Part shown: piece after piece, positions 1 through 8,916 of the stretch
How positions within the stretch are numbered: position 1 is the first letter of the stretch
Layout: the number at the start of each line of letters is the position of its first letter
Source of the DNA: Thainema sp.
GTDB taxonomy: Bacteria > Cyanobacteriota > Cyanobacteriia > Phormidesmidales > Phormidesmidaceae
Assembly (NCBI GenBank): GCA_052168235.1
Contig: JBQLZK010000098.1
Span: forward strand, 1-18,426
DNA: 18,426 bases
Direction of reading: 5' to 3'
Program-made: the position numbers and the translations under genes
Notes under the pieces: generated by a model
Database searches by the model: none
Told to the model about the DNA's origin: nothing
What the model saw: only the letters and a program-made list of their open reading frames with translations

Positions 1-376
1 TTCACCTTAAGCACTCATCTCCCGAACAACATCGGTTTTCGGATAGGTTCTTAGGCCATAATTGAACGTGTGTAAACAAAAATCAGTATCGCCCTGTTTT
101 AAGTGAATCGATCAGCGAATAAAGATAGGCCTTGTTAGGCTATATGGTCTATATATGAATTGATGTGTAAGAGCACTACCTCCACATTTCGGTTCATGTC
201 TGACCGAAGCACCCCAAAACGATATTGTTGCTGGCTAGTTATCCTAATTTTGGTTGGCTGACTGGGTAAACTCAAATCAGGATCGTGTGTGTCCTAGCTA
301 AAATGACCATACTGCTTATGCGATCGCAAATTTTGGGTGTATTAACAGTCTCCCCCGCCTTGAGTAGAGTTAAACC

Positions 377-1918
377 ATGATGGTAGACCCGAACGTCGGT
401 CACGTGCTTTCAAACCGATATAGAATCGTTGAAACAATTGGTCAAGGATCAATGGGACATGTGTACCGAGCAGAAGATACTCTGCTCGGCGATGTGCCCG
501 TGGCTATCAAGTTTTTGTCCCAAACTCTCCTCAATGAAAAAATGCGAGATCGCTTCAATAACGAAGCGTTAGCCTGTGCCGGGTTAGGCCAAAAAAGTAT
601 TCATATCGTTCGCGTGACCGACTACGGCGTAAGTAGTGAAGAAATTCCCTACTACGTCATGGAATATCTCAAAGGGGAAAACCTAGGGGAGCTGATTAAC
701 AATCAACCCCTGCCCGTTCCTCGCTTTTTGGGGTTAGCTCGGCAAATTTGCCTGGGCCTTCAGTGTGCCCATCAAGGAATTAAAAAAGACGGCAGACTCG
801 TACCGATCATTCACCGCGATATTAAACCCAGCAACATCCTGATTACTCAAGATCCCAGCTTTGGCGAACTGGCCAAAATTCTAGATTTTGGCATTGCCAA
901 ACTCATGCAGGCGGACAGTGACCAAACTAACTGCTTTATGGGGACGTTGGCCTATGCCTCGCCAGAACAAATGGAAGGTCAAGAGCTAGACGGGCGCTCC
1001 GATATTTACAGTCTCGGCATCATGATGTATCAGATGCTAACGGGGAAAATGCCCATTCGTGCTGATACGCATACCTTTGGTGGCTGGTATAAAGCTCATC
1101 ACTATCAGCAGCCCCGCCCATTCGAACAAGCTATGCCTGATCTGAAGCTGCCTAAAGCACTGGAAGGACTAATCTTGAGCTGTTTGGAAAAGGACACGTG
1201 CCACCGTCCGCAAGATATGACGGAGGTGTTGCGATCGCTAGAACCTTTAGAGCAGCGATTTGGTACAGGGCGACAAATCAGCCATAAGATTGGCGCAGCC
1301 CTATCTAAATTGCCGGTTCAGAAAATTCCTAAAGTTACAACGGATTTATCGGCAGACGAAATTTGTCGCTTAACCACCTGGCCGAAAGACAAACCTATTG
1401 CCGAAATTGTTTTTCCTCATATCTTGCAAACCAGCCGTGGCCCCTTAGCGACACTGTGGGTCATGTTGCACAAGCAAGATATTCTGGAGCGGTTGACCTG
1501 TACGCGATATAACCAGTTTCTGTGTACGATGTCCCCCCATCCGATGGCGCTGTGGATTACGGCACTGCATCGCCGTGAAGCCGAAGCCCGCTGGCTACCC
1601 TGCTATCTTGATCTCAAAACCAAACAGGGACAAGAGGTGATTCGTCTGTTAGGACAGCAGGGCAAATATCGAATTATCTTCTTTGCACTAGAAGAACCCA
1701 ATCGCTGTGCCGATGTAAAAATCTCGAACATTGCACCAGAGCAGCAGCTCCGACTTCAGCAGTGGGCCAATCAAGCTTACGTTTTGCCAACGGCAAGGCA
1801 GTCTAGCTTTAGTAAGCAACTCTTAAAGCAAGAACTGGAAAAACTAAAGCCTAAGATTATCCAGCGATTGGAAGCTATGTACGCGGAAGACTCATCGGAT
1901 ATCTCCGGTTATTCCTAA
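377..1918 (+). CDS. spkA: Hanks-type Ser/Thr protein kinase, SpkA-like (N-terminal kinase plus cyanobacterial C-terminal domain)
   Basis: Kinase motifs IGQGSMGHVY, VAIK, HRDIKPSN, DFG, GTLAYASPEQ, SDIYSLG. The C-terminal WPKDKPIAEIVFP...RWLPCYLDLK resembles cyanobacterial SpkA-type kinases (recalled). The kinase call is firm; the symbol is less certain. Start could be ATG 380. Confidence 0.85.
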   Translation: MMVDPNVGHVLSNRYRIVETIGQGSMGHVYRAEDTLLGDVPVAIKFLSQTLLNEKMRDRFNNEALACAGLGQKSIHIVRVTDYGVSSEEIPYYVMEYLKGENLGELINNQPLPVPRFLGLARQICLGLQCAHQGIKKDGRLVPIIHRDIKPSNILITQDPSFGELAKILDFGIAKLMQADSDQTNCFMGTLAYASPEQMEGQELDGRSDIYSLGIMMYQMLTGKMPIRADTHTFGGWYKAHHYQQPRPFEQAMPDLKLPKALEGLILSCLEKDTCHRPQDMTEVLRSLEPLEQRFGTGRQISHKIGAALSKLPVQKIPKVTTDLSADEICRLTTWPKDKPIAEIVFPHILQTSRGPLATLWVMLHKQDILERLTCTRYNQFLCTMSPHPMALWITALHRREAEARWLPCYLDLKTKQGQEVIRLLGQQGKYRIIFFALEEPNRCADVKISNIAPEQQLRLQQWANQAYVLPTARQSSFSKQLLKQELEKLKPKIIQRLEAMYAEDSSDISGYS

Positions 1919-1942
1919 CATTACCGATTTGGCTCTAACACC

Positions 1943-1984
1943 CAGAAGAGGCAGTGTGCCGCGATGCGGTCACTGCCTCTTCTG
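1943..1984 (+). terminator. Stem-loop 3' of the kinase gene (terminator or stabiliser; CAGAAGAGG palindrome family)
   Basis: cagaagaggcagtg (1943-1956) pairs perfectly with cactgcctcttctg (1971-1984); inner gccgc/gcggt stem with a gat loop. No strong U-tract. Confidence 0.6.
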
Positions 1985-2172
1985 CCCGTTGGTTGTGTAC
2001 GGTGACTCATCGAGTTTGAACAAAACCTTATGCTCTCTCTTTTTTGTCTGGATTGCCGTACCGCATTCTTGCCAACTGATTGAGTAAATTTCATTAGGAT
2101 AGAACTACTGCATGTCGAGACAGCCTCGACCAACTGTTGTGTACAACAAACGTTCACCCTATTTGAGTTGAT

Positions 2173-4278
2173 ATGACTGCAACTGTAACTCGCCCAGATA
2201 ATCCGCTCCTGATTGGTGCTGGCTTGCCACCGTTTGACCAGATTAAAGCTGAGCACGTCGGGCCAGGGATCAAGCAAATTCTCAGCGAATTAGACGAGGA
2301 ACTGACTCGTCTAGAAGCCCAAGTTGTCCCAACGTGGGAAAGCTTAGTTGAACCCCTGACCGCGATGGAAGAGCGGCTGACCTGGAGCTGGGGCGTAGTT
2401 AGCCACCTAATGGGCGTGAAAAATAGCCCGGAACTGCGAGAAGCTTACGAAACGATGCAGCCCGACGTGGTGAAATTTTCCAATCGTCTTGGCCAAAGTA
2501 AGCCCATCTACGAAGCATTTAAGGCGCTGCGAGCTGGTCAAAATTGGGATCAGCTGGAATCGGCTCAACAGCGGATTGTGGAATCAGCAATTCGCGATGC
2601 CGAACTGGCAGGTGTCGGTCTGGACGGCGAGACAAAAGAGCGGTTTAACCAAATTCAGGAAGAACTGGCGGAGCTATCGACCAAGTTTTCTAATAATGTC
2701 TTAGACGCGACCAAAGCCTTTCATTTAACGCTGACTCAGCGGGAAGACGTGGACGGTCTGCCGCCGAGCCTCTTAGCTCTGGCTGCCCAAGCGGCACGGG
2801 CCGAAGGTGACGAGAACGCGACACCGGACAATGGCCCTTGGCGGATCACGCTAGACTATCCTAGCTATGTGCCTTTCATGCAGCACAGCAAGCGGCGGGA
2901 GCTGCGCGAGAAGCTGTATCGGGCGTTTATTTCGCGTGCGTCAGAGGGTGATTTGGATAATTCGCCGCTAATTGAGCGGATTCTAGAACTGCGGGTTGAA
3001 AAGACCAAAATCCTTGGTTTTAACAACTTTGCGGAACTGAGCTTGGCCCGGAAAATGGCTCCTTCCGTGGAGGCGATTGAGCAACTGCTGGAAGAGTTGC
3101 GGGTTGCGAGCTACGATGCCGCCAAGCAGGATCTGACGGAGCTGAAAGAATATGCCAAGTCGAAGGGCGCACCTGAAGCCGATAGCCTGATGCACTGGGA
3201 TACAACCTATTGGTCGGAGCGGCAGCGCGAGGAAAAATATGGCCTAAATGAGGAAGAGTTGCGGCCTTATTTCCCACTGCCCCAAGTTCTGAATGGTCTA
3301 TTTGACCTGGCCCAGCGTATCTTTGGCGTCACGATTACGGCTGCCGATGGTCAGGCTCCTGTGTGGCATGAAGATGTACGTTATTTCCAGATTGCCGACG
3401 ATTCTGGAACTGCGATCGCATACTTCTATCTTGACCCCTACAGCCGTCCGGCAGAGAAGCGGGGCGGAGCCTGGATGGCCGAATGCTTGAACCGGGCCAA
3501 GGTGATGAAGGCTGGCGAATCCTCGGTGCGTTTACCCGTGGCCTATCTGACCTGTAACCAGTCACCTCCGGTTGACGATAAGCCCAGTCTGATGACGTTC
3601 CGAGAAGTGGAAACCCTGTTCCACGAGTTTGGTCACGGCTTGCAGCATATGCTGACGGTGATTGATTATCCCGGTGCGGCAGGCATCAATAACGTCGAGT
3701 GGGATGCAGTTGAACTACCGAGTCAATTTATGGAGAATTGGTGCTACCACAAACCGACGCTGCTCGGTATGGCCAAGCACTATGAAACGGGCGAGACTTT
3801 GCCCGATGAGATCTACGACAAGCTCGTGGCAGCTCGTAACTACATGAGCGGTAGTGCGACCCTGCGCCAGCTTCACTTCGGTTTACTCGACCTTGCTCTC
3901 CACGCCCACTACCAGCCTGGCGGAGATGAGACGGTTTGGGATGTGCGCGATCGCATTGCTGAAAATACCACCGTTATGAAGCCACTGCCGGAGGATGCCT
4001 TCCTCTGCGCCTTCAGCCACATTTTTGCGGGTGGTTATGCGGCTGGCTACTACAGCTACTACTGGGCGGAAGTGCTCAGCGCTGATGCATTTTCGGCGTT
4101 TGAGGAAGTTGGCTTAGAGAATGACAGCGAAATCGCCACTGTTGGTCAGCGGTTCCGAGATACTGTACTGGCCCTCGGCGGTAGTCAGCACCCGATGGAT
4201 GTCTTCCAATCCTTCCGGGGCCGCGAACCCAGCACCGAAGCCCTCCTGCGTCATCGCGGTTTAGCCCCTGCGGTGTAG
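2173..4278 (+). CDS. prlC: Oligopeptidase A (M3A zinc metallopeptidase)
   Basis: 701 aa; N-terminal NPLL...LPPFDQI, KRGGAWM, zinc motif FHEFGHGLQH, WDAVELPSQFMENW, HIFAGGYAAGYYSY, FRGREPS. Confidence 0.95.
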   Translation: MTATVTRPDNPLLIGAGLPPFDQIKAEHVGPGIKQILSELDEELTRLEAQVVPTWESLVEPLTAMEERLTWSWGVVSHLMGVKNSPELREAYETMQPDVVKFSNRLGQSKPIYEAFKALRAGQNWDQLESAQQRIVESAIRDAELAGVGLDGETKERFNQIQEELAELSTKFSNNVLDATKAFHLTLTQREDVDGLPPSLLALAAQAARAEGDENATPDNGPWRITLDYPSYVPFMQHSKRRELREKLYRAFISRASEGDLDNSPLIERILELRVEKTKILGFNNFAELSLARKMAPSVEAIEQLLEELRVASYDAAKQDLTELKEYAKSKGAPEADSLMHWDTTYWSERQREEKYGLNEEELRPYFPLPQVLNGLFDLAQRIFGVTITAADGQAPVWHEDVRYFQIADDSGTAIAYFYLDPYSRPAEKRGGAWMAECLNRAKVMKAGESSVRLPVAYLTCNQSPPVDDKPSLMTFREVETLFHEFGHGLQHMLTVIDYPGAAGINNVEWDAVELPSQFMENWCYHKPTLLGMAKHYETGETLPDEIYDKLVAARNYMSGSATLRQLHFGLLDLALHAHYQPGGDETVWDVRDRIAENTTVMKPLPEDAFLCAFSHIFAGGYAAGYYSYYWAEVLSADAFSAFEEVGLENDSEIATVGQRFRDTVLALGGSQHPMDVFQSFRGREPSTEALLRHRGLAPAV

Positions 4279-4284
4279 GAATCA

Positions 4285-4320
4285 AAGTAAAATGCACGGC
4301 TTGCGCCGTGCATTTTACTT
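4285..4320. terminator. Perfect 16-bp hairpin just after the prlC stop
   Basis: aagtaaaatgcacggc-ttgc-gccgtgcattttactt; GC core with A/T-rich outer arms, so possibly bidirectional. Confidence 0.75.
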
Positions 4321-4327
4321 AATGAGT

Positions 4328-4425
4328 TAAAACCCAACAAGTTATCCTTTTGGGAGGGAGCTGGGGGACGCAACCGTCTCCCAGCAGGAGTTTTGGGAGC
4401 AAGCGCCCCCAATCAACGGGTTTTA
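4328..4425. repeat. MITE/REP-like double-hairpin element with 8-bp terminal inverted repeats
   Basis: taaaaccc (4328-4335) / gggtttta (4418-4425); internal hairpins gctgggggacg-caac-cgtctcccagc (4360-4385) and ttgggagc-aagc-gcccccaa (4393-4412). Confidence 0.55.
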
Positions 4426-4470
4426 TCACAACAGGCATCTGATCAGAGCGATCAATTCAGGCAAACTATA

Positions 4471-5307
4471 GTGCGCGATTCCCTACCACTCAACGACTAC
4501 AAACAACAAGTCGCCGACTTCTACAGCCGCCGCAGCCCCAACTACGACATCGGCGACTGGCATCCCCGCATCGCCCATCGCCTCGTCAACTACGCCCAAC
4601 TCCAGCCCGGACATTGGGTTCTCGATCTCGCTACTGGCACAGGCATGGTTGCGATCGCAGCTGCCCAAGCCGTTGGTTCCAATGGTCACGTCACAGGCGT
4701 GGATATCTCCACCGGTATGCTGGCCCAGGCGCGGCGCAAAATTACCGCATTGGGATTGACTAACGTAGAGCTGATTCAGGCCGATGCTGAGACGCTGGAG
4801 TTTGCGGCGGAGAGTTGCGATCGCATTTTCTGTTCTGCGGCATTGATTTGGATGTCGGATTTGGTGGAGGCACTCCGGCTGTGGCACCAGTTTTTGAAAC
4901 CGGGCGGACTGATTGGCTTTCATGCCTTTGCCAATAACAGCTTTGTGGTTGGGACAGTCGCACAGCAGGTGTTTGAGCGCTATGGCATATCGCTCCTCTT
5001 CAATCAGCGGACTGGCACGATTGAAAAATGCTATGCCTTGCTAGAACAGGCAGGCTATCAGGATATTGATATTCGCATGGAGCCAGATGGCTACTATCTC
5101 AGCTTAGACAGCGCAAAAAGCATGTGGCCAGGAAATGGTTCACTCCCGACACCTGGGCAACATCCCAATCCCATCTCGCAGCTTTCAGAGGCTCAGCTGG
5201 CTCAAGCAAGGGCCGAATTTGACGCGGCATTGACAGCACGGCAAACAGAAAAGGGCATTTGGAACGACACCACTGTCTTTTATGCGTTCGGTCGCAAGGC
5301 TAGGTAG
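4471..5307 (+). CDS. Class I SAM-dependent methyltransferase (UbiE-like fold)
   Basis: Motif I VLDLATGTG, VTGVDIS, LIQADAE, LKPGG. GTG 4471 is preferred because the TTG 4393 extension runs through the repeat element. Confidence 0.88.
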   Translation: MRDSLPLNDYKQQVADFYSRRSPNYDIGDWHPRIAHRLVNYAQLQPGHWVLDLATGTGMVAIAAAQAVGSNGHVTGVDISTGMLAQARRKITALGLTNVELIQADAETLEFAAESCDRIFCSAALIWMSDLVEALRLWHQFLKPGGLIGFHAFANNSFVVGTVAQQVFERYGISLLFNQRTGTIEKCYALLEQAGYQDIDIRMEPDGYYLSLDSAKSMWPGNGSLPTPGQHPNPISQLSEAQLAQARAEFDAALTARQTEKGIWNDTTVFYAFGRKAR

Positions 5308-5484
5308 CTTGGTGTAAAAGACGATTCATACAAAACGTAAACCTGCGCTCCTGATCTATACGGAGTCAGATTCTTGAGTTTTCCTGTCCTTGGCTTGAGT
5401 TTCAGCAATTTCATCGTCGATGTGCTTGTAAATTACTGTTTCAATGGGCAATATATTAAGTAGATCAACAGTGAAGTGTCTCCT

Positions 5485-6147
5485 ATGACCGTGGCTGATA
5501 ACCTGCGACCGAGCCAAACCAATCAGACCGATATGAATGCAGCTGACGGATTCTGTGATGAAGCAGATATCGAGGCGGATGCATTCGAGGTTGAGGCTGA
5601 GGAAGCTGCGATCGCAGTTCAAGAAACACCCACTGACATTGATCCCAGCATTCTAGAAACCGTCACCGTCACCTCTGAAAAACTACAGGGACGGCAGCGC
5701 CGCATCACGGCTGAAATCGCGATTCCGCAGACGATTGAGACTGTATGGCGCGTCTTAACTGACTATGAGCATTTAGCCGATTTCATCCCCAACTTGGCAA
5801 AAAGTCGACGGCTCCCGGATGAGGACGGCAAGATCCGGATTGAGCAAATTGGCTCACAGTGTTTATTCAACCTGAAGTTTTGTGCCCGTGTTGTTCTGCA
5901 AATGCAGGAGCAATTTCCGCAACGCATCGGCTTCGAGATGCTAGAAGGAGACTTTAAGGGCTTCAACGGGGCATGGAAATTGGCAGAAACCTTGATTGAA
6001 GGGCAAGTTGGTACTGTCCTGATTTATGAACTCTTGGTGCTGCCACGCCTGACAATGCCAATCGGACTGATCGAAAAACGGCTGCGTCACGATATGGCCG
6101 TTAACCTGTCTGCCATTTATCAGCGCACGTTGGCTATTTCAGCTTAA
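5485..6147 (+). CDS. SRPBCC / polyketide cyclase-dehydrase (START-like) family protein with acidic N-terminal extension
   Basis: VWRVLTDYEHLADFIPNL, FCARVVL, FEMLEGDFKGFNGAW. Start uncertain (GTG 5476, ATG 5485 or later). Confidence 0.85.
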   Translation: MTVADNLRPSQTNQTDMNAADGFCDEADIEADAFEVEAEEAAIAVQETPTDIDPSILETVTVTSEKLQGRQRRITAEIAIPQTIETVWRVLTDYEHLADFIPNLAKSRRLPDEDGKIRIEQIGSQCLFNLKFCARVVLQMQEQFPQRIGFEMLEGDFKGFNGAWKLAETLIEGQVGTVLIYELLVLPRLTMPIGLIEKRLRHDMAVNLSAIYQRTLAISA

Positions 6148-6150
6148 ATA

Positions 6151-6207
6151 AGAACCTATATTCTTGAAAAGCCGCACTCTGTGCGGCTTTTCAAGAATAT
6201 AGGTTCT
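6151..6207. repeat. Perfect 27-bp inverted repeat with 3-nt loop; terminator or palindromic mini-element
   Basis: agaacctatattcttgaaaagccgcac-tct-gtgcggcttttcaagaatataggttct, starting 3 nt after the stop codon. Confidence 0.9.
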
Positions 6208-6450
6208 GACCTACTGGCGTAGTGCCATCCAGGATATGCAGGATGATCTTTTGGTAAATCCTGCTGAATTTGAGTGCGATTTTGGATCTTATCCAGCAAA
6301 CTGAATGTGTAGCGTCTGCCGTTCTGGCTGGGTTATAGGATGGTTTAGCAAAGCGTAAGCCTTGCTGCTATTGGATGTCATCCTTTAATTCGGTCTCTTA
6401 AACTGTTTCAAGTTTATGGATGGCATCACGTTTCGTGGCCTCTTCTTGTA

Positions 6451-6468
6451 CGGCATTACGTAATGCCG
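6451..6468. repeat. Perfect 18-bp palindrome (operator or REP-like)
   Basis: cggcattacgtaatgccg, preceded by gta, about 100 nt upstream of the VOC gene. Confidence 0.6.
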
Positions 6469-6564
6469 CTGCTGATTTTGTCTTGGTAGACTAAGTAAAT
6501 ATAATATATCGAAACGATGTGTCAATCTTGACGCCTGAATTTTGATACCTGAATCTCACAGTTT

Positions 6565-7155
6565 ATGGTTCCAGTGGATTGCTCTGTTGTAATACCTATG
6601 CTTTCTCCGATTATTGCGTTTTGGCCTAATTTGCCTCTAGACAGCTTGTTCTCAACGCAGGGCATTATGGTGCTGCTGCTAGTGGCTTATGCGGGTGCAA
6701 TGTGGATGTTTTTAACCAGCGCCCCCAAAGTCCATACGGTTATGGCCTCTGATCTAAATATTGCTCAAGAATTTTATGAAGGCGTTCTTGGATTGCCTGC
6801 CGCAGAGGTGCCTCTGCACTACTACTACAACTACGAGCAATCAATCGGAGCAAGCGGCATCGATCCCTTGTACGCATCAACGGGGTTTAATACCGCTGAC
6901 ACCATGACAGCAGCTACTGAAGGGCTGTGGTATCAGCTCAAACGCAATACGCAGCTCCACGTAATTTCTGGTGCGAGCTATGGTCACCGCAATCGCCAGC
7001 GCCACGTCTGCTTTGATCATGATTGCTTAGAACTACTGCTGATGAAGATACAAACTCGGGGAATTAAGCACAAGCTACGCCGCGAAAAGCCGATGAACTT
7101 TTTGGTCAAAGACTTACAGGGTCGGGTCATCGAGATCGCTGAAGTGGCTAACTAG
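6565..7155 (+). CDS. Cyanobacterial glyoxalase/VOC-like domain protein with N-terminal membrane helix
   Basis: Hydrophobic GIMVLLLVAYAGAMWMF; VOC-type segments HTVMASDLNIAQEFYEGVLGL, QLHVI, RHVCF, FLVKDLQGRVIEIAE. Alternative start ATG 6598. Confidence 0.8.
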   Translation: MVPVDCSVVIPMLSPIIAFWPNLPLDSLFSTQGIMVLLLVAYAGAMWMFLTSAPKVHTVMASDLNIAQEFYEGVLGLPAAEVPLHYYYNYEQSIGASGIDPLYASTGFNTADTMTAATEGLWYQLKRNTQLHVISGASYGHRNRQRHVCFDHDCLELLLMKIQTRGIKHKLRREKPMNFLVKDLQGRVIEIAEVAN

Positions 7156-7311
7156 TGTTCGGTTCAGCTCTACTCGGCTAAAGTTGCAGGCTGATCTTTC
7201 TTTTTATTCCTAGAGGCTGAAACCTTCATCTTCTCCTAGAAGGATGTGCGATCGCAGTTGCACTTGATATTTTAGTGCTACATCGTTTATATACAGAGGT
7301 TAATCAACTCT

Positions 7312-7512
7312 ATGATGAATCTTGCGCCTGTTTTATTACAAGCCGTAGAAACAGGAACAGCTAGCCACTTTCCTATTTCTTTTACTCTAGTTTTAGTTAT
7401 TGGCTTCATCGCAGCCGTAACGCTTGGCTCAATTGCCTGGTATAACTCAAAGCGTCCTGTTGGCTGGGAAGACAAAGAGCGCCCCGATATTGTGCCCGAT
7501 ATTGATAAATAA
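7312..7512 (+). CDS. psb35: Photosystem II assembly protein Psb35 (Ssl2148-like)
   Basis: Single TM helix followed by GFIAAVTLGSIAWYNSKRPVGWEDKERPDIVP, recognised as the Psb35 signature; agagg upstream. Confidence 0.8.
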   Translation: MMNLAPVLLQAVETGTASHFPISFTLVLVIGFIAAVTLGSIAWYNSKRPVGWEDKERPDIVPDIDK

Positions 7513-7597
7513 AAATTAGATTTTCAATTGGAACTTCTAGATAACTGATTGTAATGGGTTTGAACAGCATGCTTCGAACCCATTTGTTTTGAGAAAA

Positions 7598-8350
7598 ATG
7601 GTTCAATTCATCCGCTATCTCAGTCGCCAACTCAATCAGCTTTGGCAAAAGCGACTCCACTTCAAGCCGTCTTTTCTGATCAGCACACTGTGGCTAGTCG
7701 GCTTTGTGGTTGCAGTTAGCTTAATTGCTGGATTTGTCTATTTAAGTCAGCAAGTCCTGACTGAGCAAACGACAGCATTTGACCAAACAATTTTGTTAGC
7801 TCTTTACCAGTTACAAAGCCCGCTGCTCAATCAGATTTTTCTTGGTATTACAGCGCTAGGCGATCCACTTTATTTGTTCTTGTTTATTGTGGCGCTCAGC
7901 GCTGTTCTGCTCAAACAGCAGCGCTGGTTAGATGCCGCCGTGAGCTTGATTACCGCCGTGGGGGCAATCGGTTTAAATATTTGGATGAAAGAGCTGTTTG
8001 GTCGCTTACGCCCAGAGCTTTGGGAGCGAGTTGTCAGCGTTGATCTGTACAGCTATCCGAGTGGTCACGCGATGACGGCATTGGTCATTTATGGCTTTCT
8101 CGGATATTGGATTGCAACACATACCGAGATCGCCAAAGCTTGGATTACAATTCCAACCGTCGGCATTGTCACGCTGATCGGACTTAGTCGCCTCTATTTG
8201 GGAGTTCATTGGCCAACTGATGTGTTAGCTGGCTATGCCGCAGGGTTAGTTTGGCTAATGGCCTGCTTGCTCAGCTTAGAAGTTGGTTATCGGTGGCTGA
8301 ATCGACGACAACAGAATGCCGATGAGCACTTAGCGGATTTCAATTCCTAG
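7598..8350 (+). CDS. PAP2-family membrane phosphatase (undecaprenyl-pyrophosphate/lipid phosphatase-like)
   Basis: C1 K(ELFGRL)RP, C2 SYPSGH, C3 SRLYLGVHWPTDV; several TM helices. ATG 7598 preferred over TTG 7589. Confidence 0.92.
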   Translation: MVQFIRYLSRQLNQLWQKRLHFKPSFLISTLWLVGFVVAVSLIAGFVYLSQQVLTEQTTAFDQTILLALYQLQSPLLNQIFLGITALGDPLYLFLFIVALSAVLLKQQRWLDAAVSLITAVGAIGLNIWMKELFGRLRPELWERVVSVDLYSYPSGHAMTALVIYGFLGYWIATHTEIAKAWITIPTVGIVTLIGLSRLYLGVHWPTDVLAGYAAGLVWLMACLLSLEVGYRWLNRRQQNADEHLADFNS

Positions 8351-8644
8351 CGCATCACCGTTCGCGCCATCAATGAAAACTGCATCGTCAGGGATATCTA
8401 ATCCCTCTACTTCACCGATGGGACGAATGCGGTTTTCGCTAGTAGATGTTGGTGATGTGCCACCATTGATCTGGTTCTCGATTTCCTGAAGGCGTCCTGC
8501 ATCCTGCTCCACAGGTGTTTCGCTATTTTCTTCTGGGAGTCTCAGCAATTCAGCTCCACTAGTTGCCACCTCTTCTGCCCCAATAGCGGTTGAAGTGGCA
8601 ATCACGATTAGTCCTGCGATACTAAACACTGCCGAGAACTTCAT
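8330..8644 (-). CDS. Small secreted acidic hypothetical protein
   Basis: ATG start; Sec-type signal MKFSAVFSIAGLIVIATSTAIGA; acidic mature part; 21-bp convergent overlap with the PAP2 gene. Confidence 0.7.
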   Translation of the reverse strand: MKFSAVFSIAGLIVIATSTAIGAEEVATSGAELLRLPEENSETPVEQDAGRLQEIENQINGGTSPTSTSENRIRPIGEVEGLDIPDDAVFIDGANGDALGIEIR

Positions 8645-8916
8645 TTTTCTGCCCCTTGGAAATTCACGTGTAGACCACGCTTTTCTTATAGCAACTTTTT
8701 TGCATAATGCATCAACGTGCGAAATAAATTTGTAGATGATTTACCCAAATCGATGATGAAAGTTTAATTAATGTGCGATCGCACTTCGCGTCAACCTTGC
8801 GGCACGGGAAAAATAGTGCGCCAAATGCTACCGAATGACGCTCGTTGATTCTCTGTAGGACTGCTAGAGTGAAGGGGTCTCAAATTCCCACACGTTGTAC
8901 GTTTCGCATCTCGCCT

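Noticed and set aside
1921..2277. 118-aa minus-strand ORF
   Set aside because: Overlaps the prlC start and a terminator-like hairpin; no motifs.
4393..4470. N-terminal extension of the methyltransferase from TTG 4393
   Set aside because: Starts inside the hairpin repeat and does not look like protein; GTG 4471 fits better.
4483..4923. 146-aa antisense ORF inside the methyltransferase gene
   Set aside because: Shadow ORF favoured by the biased codon usage of the sense gene; no recognisable motifs.
6230..6425. CsrB/RsmZ-like sRNA suggested by repeated (A)GGA motifs
   Set aside because: Most GGA motifs fall in stems rather than loops, and CsrA is not a known cyanobacterial regulator; kept only as a generic ncRNA candidate.
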